Shown here piece after piece: positions 20,195-30,449 of a stretch of DNA of 63,545 bases (positions within the stretch are counted from its first letter, which is position 1; each line of letters begins with the position of its first letter). A program made the translations under genes and the position numbers. The DNA is from a virus (Duplodnaviria > Caudoviricetes): positions 1 through 63,545 of IMG/VR virus record IMGVR_UViG_3300022536_000073; one strand, written 5' to 3'. Under the pieces are notes generated by a model. It saw nothing but the letters and a program-made list of their open reading frames with translations, was not told where the DNA came from and made no database searches.

Positions 20195-20346
20195 TTTAGA
20201 AACCTCAGGTAAACAAAAGGTGCCAGTACAGTATAGGTCAAACCAATAATTAAATCAACAGTATGTTGAGTTACAAAAAAGAAGGTAGATAAGAAACCCA
20301 AACCACCGGCTAATAAAGCCACAAATAAAACCCACATTTTATTCAT
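20191..20346 (-). CDS. small two-TM membrane protein (51 aa, absent from the ORF track)
   Basis: Hand translation MNKMWVLFVALLAGGLGFLSTFFFVTQHTVDLIIGLTYTVLAPFVYLRFLK; GGAGG upstream. Confidence 0.55.
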   Translation of the reverse strand: MNKMWVLFVALLAGGLGFLSTFFFVTQHTVDLIIGLTYTVLAPFVYLRFLK

Positions 20347-20356
20347 CGCTCGCCTC

Positions 20357-20836
20357 CTAATTCAAAGGTACCAAATACCTCAAATACAAATAATCCCTAC
20401 CAACGTTAGGAAGTTCTATTCCAGCGTTACTGAAATGTTTGATGCCAAATTGCCATTGCTTATAGCCCACATTCACTTCTTCTGTAAACTGAAACGGGGT
20501 GGACAACAAAGCATCCGGTGCAGTCATAACAACCACACCCACCATAAAAGTAGCGTTTAGTCCCGTATAGTCTCCTAACCTGCGTCCGAGCAGCAAGGAT
20601 CCATAAAAAGCACCAGAATGACCCTTCTGGTTATCTGACCAGAACCCAGCTTCTAGTTTGTGGGTGTAGTGTTTTTGGAAATAAGTCTCCACGCCTGCAT
20701 TAAAGAACCCCGAATCTAGATTATTGGTGAATCCCTGACCCGCGGATAACGTCAAAACAGTCTCATTAGCTGTGGAAGGGGTTGAATATAGTAGAGATAG
20801 GGATAGCAATCCAAGGGCTAGGTTTTTAAGATTCAT
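20357..20836 (-). CDS. pagL: PagL-like lipid A 3-O-deacylase (outer-membrane beta-barrel)
   Basis: Signal peptide; amphipathic strands; FQF.E and HFSNAG..PN.G motifs. Confidence 0.75.
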   Translation of the reverse strand: MNLKNLALGLLSLSLLYSTPSTANETVLTLSAGQGFTNNLDSGFFNAGVETYFQKHYTHKLEAGFWSDNQKGHSGAFYGSLLLGRRLGDYTGLNATFMVGVVVMTAPDALLSTPFQFTEEVNVGYKQWQFGIKHFSNAGIELPNVGRDYLYLRYLVPLN

Positions 20837-21143
20837 TAGAATTCTCCGATGGTTGCGCGAGAAAACCAACATGCACGTAGTCAGAAGGGTCTGCTCCTAT
20901 GTTTTGACGGTACACTGAATGTGACCCCTCCGATTTTGATTTAAATTCTTCGGGAGGTTCGGCATCCCTGTTGACCACAGCTTCCTCTTCTTTAGGCTCT
21001 TCTTTCGGAAGCTGACTTTCTAACTCTTCGATCTTTTTCAGATATTGCTCTTCTAATTGAATTAGGATCTCAAACACCTTTTTGGTGTGGGGGTGCACGG
21101 GGTGCGTATATAGTAATTGATCGATTACGTCGGCGATTTTCAT
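20826..21143 (-). CDS. hypothetical protein
   Basis: ORF in the minus-strand block. Confidence 0.5.
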   Translation of the reverse strand: MKIADVIDQLLYTHPVHPHTKKVFEILIQLEEQYLKKIEELESQLPKEEPKEEEAVVNRDAEPPEEFKSKSEGSHSVYRQNIGADPSDYVHVGFLAQPSENSNES

Positions 21144-21273
21144 AAACTACTCCAATCTAACCGTTTTCCCCAAAAGAGTCACGAAAGATAATTCTTTTTC
21201 GGCTTCTGGGGACGTCCCAGCATCCTTTTTATCTGGGATCATAATAACTGCAAACGGGTCCAGACCCTGCAAC

Positions 21274-21501
21274 TCAAGCATTAGTTGTTGAACTGTCATT
21301 TTTTGTCACTCCTTCTCGGTTTTCCACGGCTTTCAATAAAGCTGAAATATCCACTCCCGAACCGTCACACAAGGTGAGTAGACGGGTCACAAAACGCACG
21401 TCAGACATATGTGGCTCTCCCATTAACTGCTTAAGGAAGTTAATTTGGAAGTTAGTTACGTCGTTTTCTCGAATTCTCATTCCATCTCCAATCCGATACA
21501 C
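21274..21501 (-). CDS. hypothetical protein
   Basis: ORF in the minus-strand block; start uncertain. Confidence 0.4.
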   Translation of the reverse strand: MYRIGDGMRIRENDVTNFQINFLKQLMGEPHMSDVRFVTRLLTLCDGSGVDISALLKAVENREGVTKNDSSTTNA

Positions 21502-21719
21502 TCAGACAAAGCATCTTGAAGTCGGGTATTCATTGTTTCGTAGGAACCAATTAGATAATGCTGGAAACCTACAAAGATCGAAAGCGACAAAACCATAAAA
21601 ATCAAAACTCGATCTCTCACTGAACCACCTCTAAATACTTCAAGACCCCAATCACCGCTACCGCAGTCAAAACTCCTAACAAGGAACCCTCACTAGCGAT
21701 GGCTAGACTTGAGCGTCCA

Positions 21720-22172
21720 TTAATAGATCTTTTTGTACTCTGCTCTAGCTTTGCGAATATACTTTTTAATTTCTTCAACATCTGTAATTACTCCTCTCAA
21801 TTCAGTACCTTTTTTATAAGTTCTGAGAAATCCGTCAACAATATCATGGTAGTAGTCATAGTCCTCGTCTTGAGTACCGCAGACCAGCTTCCAATCAGAC
21901 TCCCCTTGATCATACATTTTGATCAAAGCTTTAGGAGTAACCATGAGCTCTACCCCAGGATGAAGCGAATATTGTCCAATCACAATCACATCCAGAGGAT
22001 CACCATCGTCCCAAAGGGTCTTATTCAAATAACCGTAATTGAAGGGAATGTTAACCTTCATAATACGGTCTACTTCCATGACGTCACGATCTTTGTTATA
22101 CTCGTACTTCACGTTAGACCCTTTGGGAATTTCAATCTTTACACGAACTTGATACGGATTCTCATTACTCAT
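21720..22172 (-). CDS. ppa: family I inorganic pyrophosphatase
   Basis: IEIPKGS.VKYE, NYGY and DGDPLDV motifs. Confidence 0.92.
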   Translation of the reverse strand: MSNENPYQVRVKIEIPKGSNVKYEYNKDRDVMEVDRIMKVNIPFNYGYLNKTLWDDGDPLDVIVIGQYSLHPGVELMVTPKALIKMYDQGESDWKLVCGTQDEDYDYYHDIVDGFLRTYKKGTELRGVITDVEEIKKYIRKARAEYKKIY

Positions 22173-22407
22173 CTGCTTTTACCACCATACCTTTAATGTA
22201 TTTGCGTAAGGAGAGTAGTTCAAAACTCCTCAAAACCCCTACACCCTCTACTGCGTGATCTAGGGCGTCCAGAATCCTTCTACGAGCTGTGAAAAAGCCC
22301 TGAATACGAGCCTCGTTTACAACGGTATTGAGATCCCCCACAAGTTTATCCCAAGTGTGGTGCTCGTAATAATATTCGTTCAAAATTTGTTCTACCGTTT
22401 TTTCCAT
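22165..22407 (-). CDS. hypothetical protein
   Basis: ORF directly after a sigma70-like promoter. Confidence 0.55.
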   Translation of the reverse strand: MEKTVEQILNEYYYEHHTWDKLVGDLNTVVNEARIQGFFTARRRILDALDHAVEGVGVLRSFELLSLRKYIKGMVVKADE

Positions 22408-22412
22408 AAGCT

Positions 22413-22442
22413 ATCTTAACCCCGTGCACAGAAGGTTGTCAA
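22413..22442 (-). promoter_or_regulatory. sigma70-type promoter TTGACA-18-TAAGAT
   Basis: Perfect -35 box; -10 lies 5 nt before ATG 22407. Confidence 0.55.
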
Positions 22443-22452
22443 CCCCCCCATC

Positions 22453-22692
22453 TTATTGATTAGCGTTCCCATCGTCTTCGTCAAATTCTTTCAACGTTTT
22501 TAGTAGACTTTCCCTCTCCCGAGCCGCTCCTAGCTTATCGGCGTATTTCAAGGCCTCCAGAAGGCTTCGCTCTAAACTGAAATAAAGATCAGGGCTCTTG
22601 CCCGTTTCTATGGTTTTCACGACGTTGTCGGTGAGTTTTTTAACCAAACTTCTAGCTAGGTCTCGATAGAGGTGTGCGGGGTTCGTGGACAT
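22453..22692 (-). CDS. hypothetical protein
   Basis: TAATG-coupled ORF. Confidence 0.55.
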   Translation of the reverse strand: MSTNPAHLYRDLARSLVKKLTDNVVKTIETGKSPDLYFSLERSLLEALKYADKLGAARERESLLKTLKEFDEDDGNANQ

Positions 22693-22928
22693 TAAGCTGC
22701 TCTCTTATATCGGGGTAGGGTTTGCGCTCTGCGTTGATCAATACCCTCTAGTTCGGTGAGGGCGTTTTTTAGGTCCGTCACATCGATCAAGGCATACAAG
22801 CTGACCAAACGCTCGAGAATCTTATTGGCCTCTATATTAGCACCACCTTGTTCTGAGTGGTTTTTGAGCTCCGCTCGAACGGCCTCGACAGCTTCTAGGA
22901 TCATTTTGTGGTTATTGTAGTCTCTCAT
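22692..22928 (-). CDS. hypothetical protein
   Basis: GGAGG RBS. Confidence 0.55.
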   Translation of the reverse strand: MRDYNNHKMILEAVEAVRAELKNHSEQGGANIEANKILERLVSLYALIDVTDLKNALTELEGIDQRRAQTLPRYKRAA

Positions 22929-23113
22929 ACGTGCCTCCTATATCCCTTTTTTGAGGATATGTTTATATTGTATAGGAATTTTTTGGAAAAGCAAACCAAA
23001 AAATGAGTCAAAAAACTCAATGATTTCGGCTGTTTGTCATTTTTTCGATCTAGTCTCCAAAAACCTAGGTACTATGAGAGGTGTAAGAACAGTCTATAGG
23101 AGGACCCACACAA

Positions 23114-23416
23114 ATGAACGAAATCACTTTAGAGAAAGAAGTCACCAAATTAGAAAAGTTCCTAAAAAATGAGGGTAGACAAGATTTTATCGACGAGATG
23201 CGTACGGTAGACTTGGAGGCTCTAGATGCCAAAATCCTGAATCTAGCCAAGCATCGTCAGGAGATCCTGAATACCCGAGCCAATGACGCGGAGCTAGAAC
23301 GGGCAAAAGAGGTAAAAAAAGACCTCGAAGCCCCCTACAAAGAACAGCTTAAAATGAATGAGAAGCTTACCCGATTCGTGTCCCTAGTAATGAAAGATCG
23401 AAACCTGGAGTCCTAG
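23114..23416 (+). CDS. coiled-coil hypothetical protein
   Basis: AGGAGG RBS. Confidence 0.6.
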   Translation: MNEITLEKEVTKLEKFLKNEGRQDFIDEMRTVDLEALDAKILNLAKHRQEILNTRANDAELERAKEVKKDLEAPYKEQLKMNEKLTRFVSLVMKDRNLES

Positions 23417-23466
23417 AATTAGTTAAGTTTTGTTAACTCTTCTAGCCGTCTTTTTTATGTCAGACT

Positions 23467-23475
23467 TGATATAAT
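23467..23475 (+). promoter_or_regulatory. putative late promoter TGATATAAT
   Basis: Recurring motif. Confidence 0.55.
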
Positions 23476-23496
23476 TTGAGTAGGTTAGGAGATTTT

Positions 23497-23781
23497 ATGT
23501 TTACTAAGACCTGTGAATGCGGGAAAACTCAAAAAAACTTCAAATTTGACATTGGAGGCCCCTTCCGCACAACTTGCTGCGACGAAGCAGATGCCGCTAA
23601 GGCCAAGGAAATCGTAGTCGAGTCTAAAAGTACATTAGTGGTCGAAGACAAGCCCGAATTCAGTAAAAAAGCTCTAAAAGGCATGAAAGTTGCAGAACTT
23701 CGAGGACTTGCCGAAGAGCGAGGTATTGAGGGTTGTTCTGAGATGAAGAAAAAGGACTTGATTAAAGTCTTGGTAGGCTAG
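23497..23781 (+). CDS. protein with C-terminal Rho-N/HeH domain
   Basis: LKGMKVAELRGLAEERGIEGCSEMKKKDLI; AGGAG RBS. Confidence 0.65.
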   Translation: MFTKTCECGKTQKNFKFDIGGPFRTTCCDEADAAKAKEIVVESKSTLVVEDKPEFSKKALKGMKVAELRGLAEERGIEGCSEMKKKDLIKVLVG

Positions 23782-23790
23782 GTGGTTAAT

Positions 23791-24042
23791 ATGGCAAAGG
23801 ATGATGCCGTATTTCGAACCCAAAATGTTGATCTAGCTACCTTTTTAATGTTAGAAGGGATCGAATTTTTGGGGTGTCAACGGAGTGACAAAAACGGAAA
23901 AGTTGTTATTTTGAGTTTCGCTGACCCCTTGGGGAAGTGCAGAGATCTCGAGAGGATCTACATCAGCAGCGACTTCAAAAGATACCGGGATTTCCATAAA
24001 TGGCTTCTTAGTAAGATCCATGAAACGCTAAGGGAGACGTAA
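23791..24042 (+). CDS. small phage protein (DUF5659-like)
   Basis: T.N.DLATFL...G pattern recalled from this family. Confidence 0.45.
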   Translation: MAKDDAVFRTQNVDLATFLMLEGIEFLGCQRSDKNGKVVILSFADPLGKCRDLERIYISSDFKRYRDFHKWLLSKIHETLRET

Positions 24043-24054
24043 AAGAGGGTTTAT

Positions 24055-24363
24055 ATGGGCTCGAGACGTATTAGCGAATTATTAGACCGGGACTGGTTTG
24101 GAACCAACAGAGTCATGTGTAACGTCCTAGAAGACATTCGGTCCCTCGACAAGACTAAGAACTACGGGCCACTTCTCGGGTTAGTGGAGGAGTTACAGGT
24201 CATGGGTAATCGGATGGAGTCGGCGTTAGCGGATCAAAAAGATTTAATCAAACTCCAGCAAAGGACTTCGGAACTTCGCCGGGAGTACAAAAACCTCAAA
24301 AAAGAGGTTGAGGAACTTCTGAAGAAAAAAGAAGAATTAGAACCAAAAGAAGTTAAGGAATAA
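24055..24363 (+). CDS. coiled-coil hypothetical protein
   Basis: ORF in the operon. Confidence 0.55.
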   Translation: MGSRRISELLDRDWFGTNRVMCNVLEDIRSLDKTKNYGPLLGLVEELQVMGNRMESALADQKDLIKLQQRTSELRREYKNLKKEVEELLKKKEELEPKEVKE

Positions 24364-24421
24364 AAGCCTACTTTTATAAAACCCGCCTCACGGGAGGACT
24401 AAACGGGTTGGGAACGGGAAA

Positions 24422-25114
24422 ATGGCTATTGAAAGAAAATGGGAAGCAGTAGCTTCTCAAAATTTAACAGCAGACGGCACCACCGATGGGGTTTTGACCA
24501 TCGCCAATGCAGGTGCATTCAAAGTGGGTCAAATTATTCAATTAGGCTCTGCTGCCCAGCCCACCGTTAGCTTCAAAGTAAAAAGAATCCCCAACGGAAC
24601 TACTCTACAGGTAGGACCCGATAAAACCAACATTAATGAGCGCTCGGACGTCAGCGCCTATCTGGCAGCTGACGCGGCCTTCGTAAGAGCCTTAGAACAA
24701 AATCGCCCCAATATTGCCCCAGACGACGTAGACCGCGCTACTTATGAGGAGGAGCCTACAGTAGCGCGTAGGATTATTCCCGTAGATATCTTAGGACGCC
24801 CGGTCACCGAGGATAACCCACTACCCGTTACGGGTGACTTCGCCGCCAACTTCGAAGCTGGTCCCAAAGAACAATTAAACGCTTTTTTGGGTAATTTAGA
24901 CTCTTTTGAGAAAGTTGAACAAGAAACAATCTCAGGAACCGTCTATTACAACGTATACCAAGCTGGGGCGAGGGTTTTGCGGTTAAAACAAACCACTACG
25001 GCTGGCGGCTTTTGTCTAGAGGTAGAATTTGCAAAAATTCTTCAAGAGAACGATTTTGTTCTTTTGCAGGAAAATGGCGACGCTTTATTAAAGGAGAATC
25101 TTAATGGCGGATAG
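24422..25114 (+). CDS. putative virion structural protein
   Basis: Beta-rich; NPLPV and LLQENGDALL motifs typical of fibre-associated proteins. Confidence 0.5.
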   Translation: MAIERKWEAVASQNLTADGTTDGVLTIANAGAFKVGQIIQLGSAAQPTVSFKVKRIPNGTTLQVGPDKTNINERSDVSAYLAADAAFVRALEQNRPNIAPDDVDRATYEEEPTVARRIIPVDILGRPVTEDNPLPVTGDFAANFEAGPKEQLNAFLGNLDSFEKVEQETISGTVYYNVYQAGARVLRLKQTTTAGGFCLEVEFAKILQENDFVLLQENGDALLKENLNGG

Positions 25115-27848
25115 TAGGATTTCACAATTAAATGAATTAGCTTCTGGTGACCTAGCTTTAGCAGATCTTTTAGCTATTGTAGACTCATCGGCTACTGAAA
25201 CTAAAAAAGTAACTATTCAGAGTTTAGACGCTAGATGGAAAGACGGTACTGAGAATGTAGTGTCAGTTCAAAAAGACCCTAGCGCTGAACAGTTCTCGAC
25301 TATCCAAGCGGCTTTAGATTCAATCACCGATGCGACCGCGATTAACCCATATACCGTAAATGTGGGACCTGGAATTTATGTGGAAAGCATAACTATGAAG
25401 CCTTTTGTCCAAGTTTGTGGTGCAGGACAAGAGACTACTATTATCCAGCCGACTAACTTAAACCAAAGCGCTGTCACAGCCTCTGTGAACTCAAGGATCT
25501 GTAATGTTAAAATCGAAGGCTCAACAGGAGCTTCGGTATCCGGCATAAACATCAACGCAATATCTGGATTATTTATTATCTCAGACATATCCTTTGGTAG
25601 TAACACTACTCAGATTAACGCAGTATCTGGAGGGTTAGATCAAGTAGTTTATATTAAAAATGTAACCATTACACAAGGATCTATCTTCACTACTGGTGTT
25701 AAAATTGACGGTTCCAATGCTGGGGAACATAGGGTTTTCCTGAACTCACTACTATACAATAGGCCCACAACTGTTACCGGAGTGTTTACCGGTATCCATG
25801 TCCTAGGTGCTCAAGCGGAGGCAGAATTAAACAATATCACTATGCTTGATAACAATGAGAGCGTGGGGTTAAAGGTTGAGACCGGGGCTAAGGTAATTTT
25901 AAATGGATTCTCAACTACAAACTTTAATCAAGGGATTTTCCTTCCTAACAACGGTACAGGCACCGTTTTATCTGGTCACGGACTTCACATTTCTTCAGGT
26001 ACTGAAAATGTGCGGATTGCCAGTACTAGCGCTACAGTAACACTTACAGGCTGCTTTGCAAGATCAAAAACTTTTGTAGACACCTCTGCTACCGTTGGAA
26101 TGGCCCATCTAGATGGCGAAACTCAGGATTTTGAAATTATCGGGGAATTGAGGCAAGCTGATCGTTTCGATAGATCTATGAATCTGTCTAAACTAGTACG
26201 ACAAGCTTCTGCTCTCGGTTTAAATGAGGGCGGGACTCTTTCTATAAACGCTGGGCTAAGTATCGACGTGGCAGCGGGATCTGGGTTCTTGAATGATATG
26301 ACCGACAGCTTCATCAAAGAAGTTTTGTGGACTTCGAATACTATCGCTCTCCCAGCTAACAGCACTTCTTATATTTTCATCGACACTAACAGCACAATCC
26401 AAACAAGCGCTTCTCAGCCCGTATTGGAGAATGTGGTTCTTTTAGGTCGGGTAGTTACTCAAGGAGCTAGTGTAGATTTTATTGACCGATCCGCTGTTGT
26501 GATGGTCCACCACGGGAATAATGTTGAGGATGCTTGGAGAAGGTCTCTAGGCCCAGTATACGCATCGGGATCTACCGTAGTAGAAAATGGAGCCAATGAT
26601 AAGAAGCTAGATATTACGGCAGGGGCTTATAATTTCGGAACCGTGGCGTTCTCTCCCTCAGGAGGAACGGAAGTTGAATGGATAGCTCATTACAGAGATG
26701 GGGCTAGCGATTTTATCAAAATCACGCAAGACACCATAACTGCTCAATATGATGATGACTCAGGAACACTACAAAACCTCAGTTCTGGGAATTTCGCTAA
26801 ACATTCTTTGTATGTTGTGGGAGATGGTTCGGACGAAAAGTATCTTTTAGTTTATTCTCAAGCTGAGTATGCGACCGAACAAAACGCAATTGATGCAGAC
26901 ATCCCAACACCCCCCACAGCTTTTATAGATTCTGTTACCTTAATTGCTACAATTATTATTCAAGAGGGGCAAGACAACTTAACTCGTATTAGGGACGAAA
27001 GACCTGTAATCGGGTTTAAAGCTTCCGGAACCAGCCCTGCTTCAAGCCATAGTAGCTTGACAGATTTGACCAATGACGACCACACTCAGTATCTTTTAGT
27101 GTCTGGGGGAAGAGCATTATCGGGCAATTTAGACCTAGGGACTAATAACATCACCAACGTAGGTACGGTCGATGGTGTGGATGTTAGCTCACACCAATCA
27201 AGACACGTCCCCGGTGGTGCAGATGCTTTACCTACAGGCGTTCCTTCTAATGTCGGCACCACAAACCAAGAAGGTACAGAAGCCTCGTTTGCACGTAGAG
27301 ACCATATCCATGCTCACGGAAACCAAGCTGGTGGTTCGTTACACGCAGATGCTACAGGATCAGTAGCAGGCTTCATGTCTGCTACCGACAAAAACAAACT
27401 AGATTCGGTTGAGTCGAATGCTAAGGACGACCAGAACGCTAGTGAAGTTCCTTTTACTCCGGCAGGAGACGTTGCTGCAACAAATGTGCAAGATGCCATT
27501 ACTGAGCTAGACACTGAAAAACTCACGAACACTCGTGCGGACGTTAAGGAAGCGCTAGGGACTAACGCCATCACTATTAACGCGGGTGCGGACGTTACTA
27601 TTAACTGGACTGAAACTATTATCCAGAAAAAGACTATTGCTGCGGGGACTTCTGTGCTTACTTTTACCAATCCGGCACAACCAAGTGACTTAACTTTGAT
27701 TTTGGATAATTCTGGTGGTGGTTCTTTTATTCTACCGGCAATTACTTGGCAGGCGGGGATCGCTCCAGACTTCTCGGTTCAAGATGTCTATATCATAAAC
27801 TTATTATTTGATGGAACAACTTATTTCGGTAGTTTCGGGAGATTTTAA
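25104..27848 (+). CDS. fibre/spike-like protein with pectin-lyase-like beta-helix
   Basis: ADSRISQL N-terminus, FSTIQAALDSI..VGPGIY cap, beta-helix repeats, DDHTQY and GFMSATDK.KLD fibre motifs. Confidence 0.7.
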   Translation: MADSRISQLNELASGDLALADLLAIVDSSATETKKVTIQSLDARWKDGTENVVSVQKDPSAEQFSTIQAALDSITDATAINPYTVNVGPGIYVESITMKPFVQVCGAGQETTIIQPTNLNQSAVTASVNSRICNVKIEGSTGASVSGININAISGLFIISDISFGSNTTQINAVSGGLDQVVYIKNVTITQGSIFTTGVKIDGSNAGEHRVFLNSLLYNRPTTVTGVFTGIHVLGAQAEAELNNITMLDNNESVGLKVETGAKVILNGFSTTNFNQGIFLPNNGTGTVLSGHGLHISSGTENVRIASTSATVTLTGCFARSKTFVDTSATVGMAHLDGETQDFEIIGELRQADRFDRSMNLSKLVRQASALGLNEGGTLSINAGLSIDVAAGSGFLNDMTDSFIKEVLWTSNTIALPANSTSYIFIDTNSTIQTSASQPVLENVVLLGRVVTQGASVDFIDRSAVVMVHHGNNVEDAWRRSLGPVYASGSTVVENGANDKKLDITAGAYNFGTVAFSPSGGTEVEWIAHYRDGASDFIKITQDTITAQYDDDSGTLQNLSSGNFAKHSLYVVGDGSDEKYLLVYSQAEYATEQNAIDADIPTPPTAFIDSVTLIATIIIQEGQDNLTRIRDERPVIGFKASGTSPASSHSSLTDLTNDDHTQYLLVSGGRALSGNLDLGTNNITNVGTVDGVDVSSHQSRHVPGGADALPTGVPSNVGTTNQEGTEASFARRDHIHAHGNQAGGSLHADATGSVAGFMSATDKNKLDSVESNAKDDQNASEVPFTPAGDVAATNVQDAITELDTEKLTNTRADVKEALGTNAITINAGADVTINWTETIIQKKTIAAGTSVLTFTNPAQPSDLTLILDNSGGGSFILPAITWQAGIAPDFSVQDVYIINLLFDGTTYFGSFGRF

Positions 27849-27850
27849 GA

Positions 27851-28897
27851 ATGGGAGCTTTTCCTCACTTTAATCGACAGTTTCGCTATAAATTTACTGT
27901 AAACTCAGTCGAAGTGGACGAAACTCTCACAGATTATCCAGTATACCTAGACCTATCAATACTTCCTTCACAATTTTTTAACAATGTTAACGCGAACGGT
28001 GGTGATATAATTATTACTGATAATTCAGATAATCGACTCCCTGTTGAGGTGGTATTTGTGGATACCGTCGGAAATTTAGGGGAGGTATATTTCAAAGCGG
28101 GAATATCAGACACCATGGACACAGATTTCTTTATCTATTTCGGTAATAGCGGAGCCAACCAACCTGCAGTGACCGACGCTTTTGGAAGAAATGCCGTTTG
28201 GAGCAACGGGTATGGAGCGGTATATCATTTCCAGGATGCAGCTACGAGTATTGTTGATTCTACAGGGAATGGTAATACGGGAACTCCCGCAGGTACTTTA
28301 ACAGTTGATACCAGCGCCGCCACAAACGGCGGAGATGGGTTAATTTTCGACGGTACAACTTCTCGAATTAATATTGGCCAAGACGCGTCTATTAGAGATT
28401 TCACAGATGATGAAATGACTATTTCTGCTTGGTTTAAAACAACAAATGTTACGGATAATAGAATTATTTCTGCATGGAATGGCGGAGCTAACGACGATTG
28501 GTGTCTCAGGACCGGAGAGGGTGGAGATTTCCTTACAAGCAGACTAAACGGGGCCAATCAAGTGGAAAATTCTGCTGCTATTGATGATGGTAATCTCCAC
28601 TTTGGGGTTCTAACTTACGAGTCAGGAGATAGAAGAACTATCCGAGATGGCACTAATATCGCCTCTGCCATGCCAACCGTCACTATAAATAACAATAATG
28701 AAGATGTTTTTATTGGGGATCGTGGTAGCAATAATCGGAAATTTGACGGCACCATCGATGAAGTACGCATTGCTAGTGTGGTTAGAACAAACGGTTGGAT
28801 TTCTACGGAATACAGTAACTTCACCGAAGCTGGGTTTTTTACTGTAGATACGACTTTAGAGACTTACAACTTCATTACTAGGTTTAGGAATGGTTAA
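27851..28897 (+). CDS. DUF2341-like plus LamG/ConA-like domain virion protein
   Basis: LTDYPV, FIYFGN, AVYHF, TISAWFK and FDGTIDEVRI motifs. Confidence 0.75.
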   Translation: MGAFPHFNRQFRYKFTVNSVEVDETLTDYPVYLDLSILPSQFFNNVNANGGDIIITDNSDNRLPVEVVFVDTVGNLGEVYFKAGISDTMDTDFFIYFGNSGANQPAVTDAFGRNAVWSNGYGAVYHFQDAATSIVDSTGNGNTGTPAGTLTVDTSAATNGGDGLIFDGTTSRINIGQDASIRDFTDDEMTISAWFKTTNVTDNRIISAWNGGANDDWCLRTGEGGDFLTSRLNGANQVENSAAIDDGNLHFGVLTYESGDRRTIRDGTNIASAMPTVTINNNNEDVFIGDRGSNNRKFDGTIDEVRIASVVRTNGWISTEYSNFTEAGFFTVDTTLETYNFITRFRNG

Positions 28898-29595
28898 TGA
28901 ATAAACTAATCGTAAATAACAGCGGTTCTAGTAAGAATTATTTGGGGAAAGACATCCCAGACGGAGCCGTATATCCTGTTTTAGAGACAGAATTGCCTAT
29001 TTTACGAGCTAACAATGATTTTATCAATGATTTGATCAACTCTACCGTAACCATGAAGAACGTACATGCTACAGTAGAATATTCGGGTTTGGATGCTCTG
29101 GCGTATTTATTCGAAGGTTCTGCTATTGAAGTTACTACCCAACACGAAAAAGAAGATAAAATATTAAAGATTTCATCTGCATTAGCTAAGGTAGACCCTA
29201 GGACTGGACTAGCTAACTTAATATTACCGGTTCCCGGCCAGTTTAATGGAGTAAATCCAGTAACTGGAGCAAATGGTCGTTATATAGAGTGGGGAAAGCT
29301 TTGGTTTAGCGATATTCACGAGGGTGACCGAGTACTGAGGGTTAAAATCATGGATATCGATAACGTCTTGGGGTTAGGCCCTTTATACGTCCCGACCACA
29401 TACCATGATGAGGATGCTACGGACGATAACCTAGGTTGGTTCGTGCCCCATAAAGAAGGACATCTAGAGATCTCAGCACTAGGGGGATTTGGCTTTGTAC
29501 CATCTGGGTTATATGTGGTTCTAACGGTGCAAAAATCTAAAGGAAATTATTCAGGTAATGTTTACGCAAATATTAAATGGGGTAAGAGACAATGA
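28897..29595 (+). CDS. hypothetical (probable virion) protein
   Basis: TAATG-coupled gene in the fibre cluster. Confidence 0.55.
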   Translation: MNKLIVNNSGSSKNYLGKDIPDGAVYPVLETELPILRANNDFINDLINSTVTMKNVHATVEYSGLDALAYLFEGSAIEVTTQHEKEDKILKISSALAKVDPRTGLANLILPVPGQFNGVNPVTGANGRYIEWGKLWFSDIHEGDRVLRVKIMDIDNVLGLGPLYVPTTYHDEDATDDNLGWFVPHKEGHLEISALGGFGFVPSGLYVVLTVQKSKGNYSGNVYANIKWGKRQ

Positions 29596-30449
29596 AAAAA
29601 ACTGTAGTTGTTATGTCGGGGGGCTCTGCGCTAGGTAGTCGTGAGATAGGGTGTCTTGAAGAGCTAGAACGTCAAGGGAAGCTAAAGGGAGTAAAAGACT
29701 TCTACGGAGTCTCTGTAGGGGCGCTGAATGCTATGGGGATGGCATATCTTGGTATCAAAGGCTTGAGAAAAGTTTGGGACGGGATTGAGAAATTCAGTGA
29801 TATTTTAAAGTTTAATTGGGTTACTTTAGGCCCAGTTCTTGGTTTGGGAGTGTTCAGTACCAAACCTCTTAGAAAGTTAATCGACCAAGTTTTGTCGAGC
29901 AATAAGAACCTAGGACGAGCTACAGCTACTTTTGTAGACGTTGAGACAGGCGGGATAGTTCACGTAAACTCCAAAGATGTGGACGCCATAGACTTTGGCG
30001 ACGCTGTCGAGGCAAGCGCTGCTCAGCCCGTAATTATGACAGCGGTTAAGGGCAAATGGGTAGATGGTGGGGTGCGGGACATTACCCCCCTCAAACAAGC
30101 AATTAAAGACGGTGCTGAAAAGATTATCGTTATTCTTGCATCACCTTGGGGTAAAAATCCCCCTAAATGGGAGATGCCCAAAGTAGTTTGGTATAAGCCT
30201 TGGACTTGGTTTTGTAGAAGTATAGCTCTCCTTAACCGCACAATCGGGATCATGCTCCACGAGATTTTTGTACAAGACATCAAAGCGTGTTTGGTTAAAA
30301 ACGGAGATTCTAGGTACAAAGAGATCGAAATCGAACTCTACGCACCTACTGACAACTCAGTAGAGGCTTTTGGTTTTAACCAAGAAAATATCCAAAAAGG
30401 GATCAAACAAGGTCATGAGATGGCTAAGAACGGTCCCGTTGAGATTTAG
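29592..30449 (+). CDS. patatin-like phospholipase
   Basis: SGGSALG, GVSVG and DGG motifs. Confidence 0.88.
   Translation: MKKTVVVMSGGSALGSREIGCLEELERQGKLKGVKDFYGVSVGALNAMGMAYLGIKGLRKVWDGIEKFSDILKFNWVTLGPVLGLGVFSTKPLRKLIDQVLSSNKNLGRATATFVDVETGGIVHVNSKDVDAIDFGDAVEASAAQPVIMTAVKGKWVDGGVRDITPLKQAIKDGAEKIIVILASPWGKNPPKWEMPKVVWYKPWTWFCRSIALLNRTIGIMLHEIFVQDIKACLVKNGDSRYKEIEIELYAPTDNSVEAFGFNQENIQKGIKQGHEMAKNGPVEI

Noticed and set aside
21699-22196. 165-aa + strand ORF
   Set aside because: Antisense shadow of the pyrophosphatase gene with no motifs.
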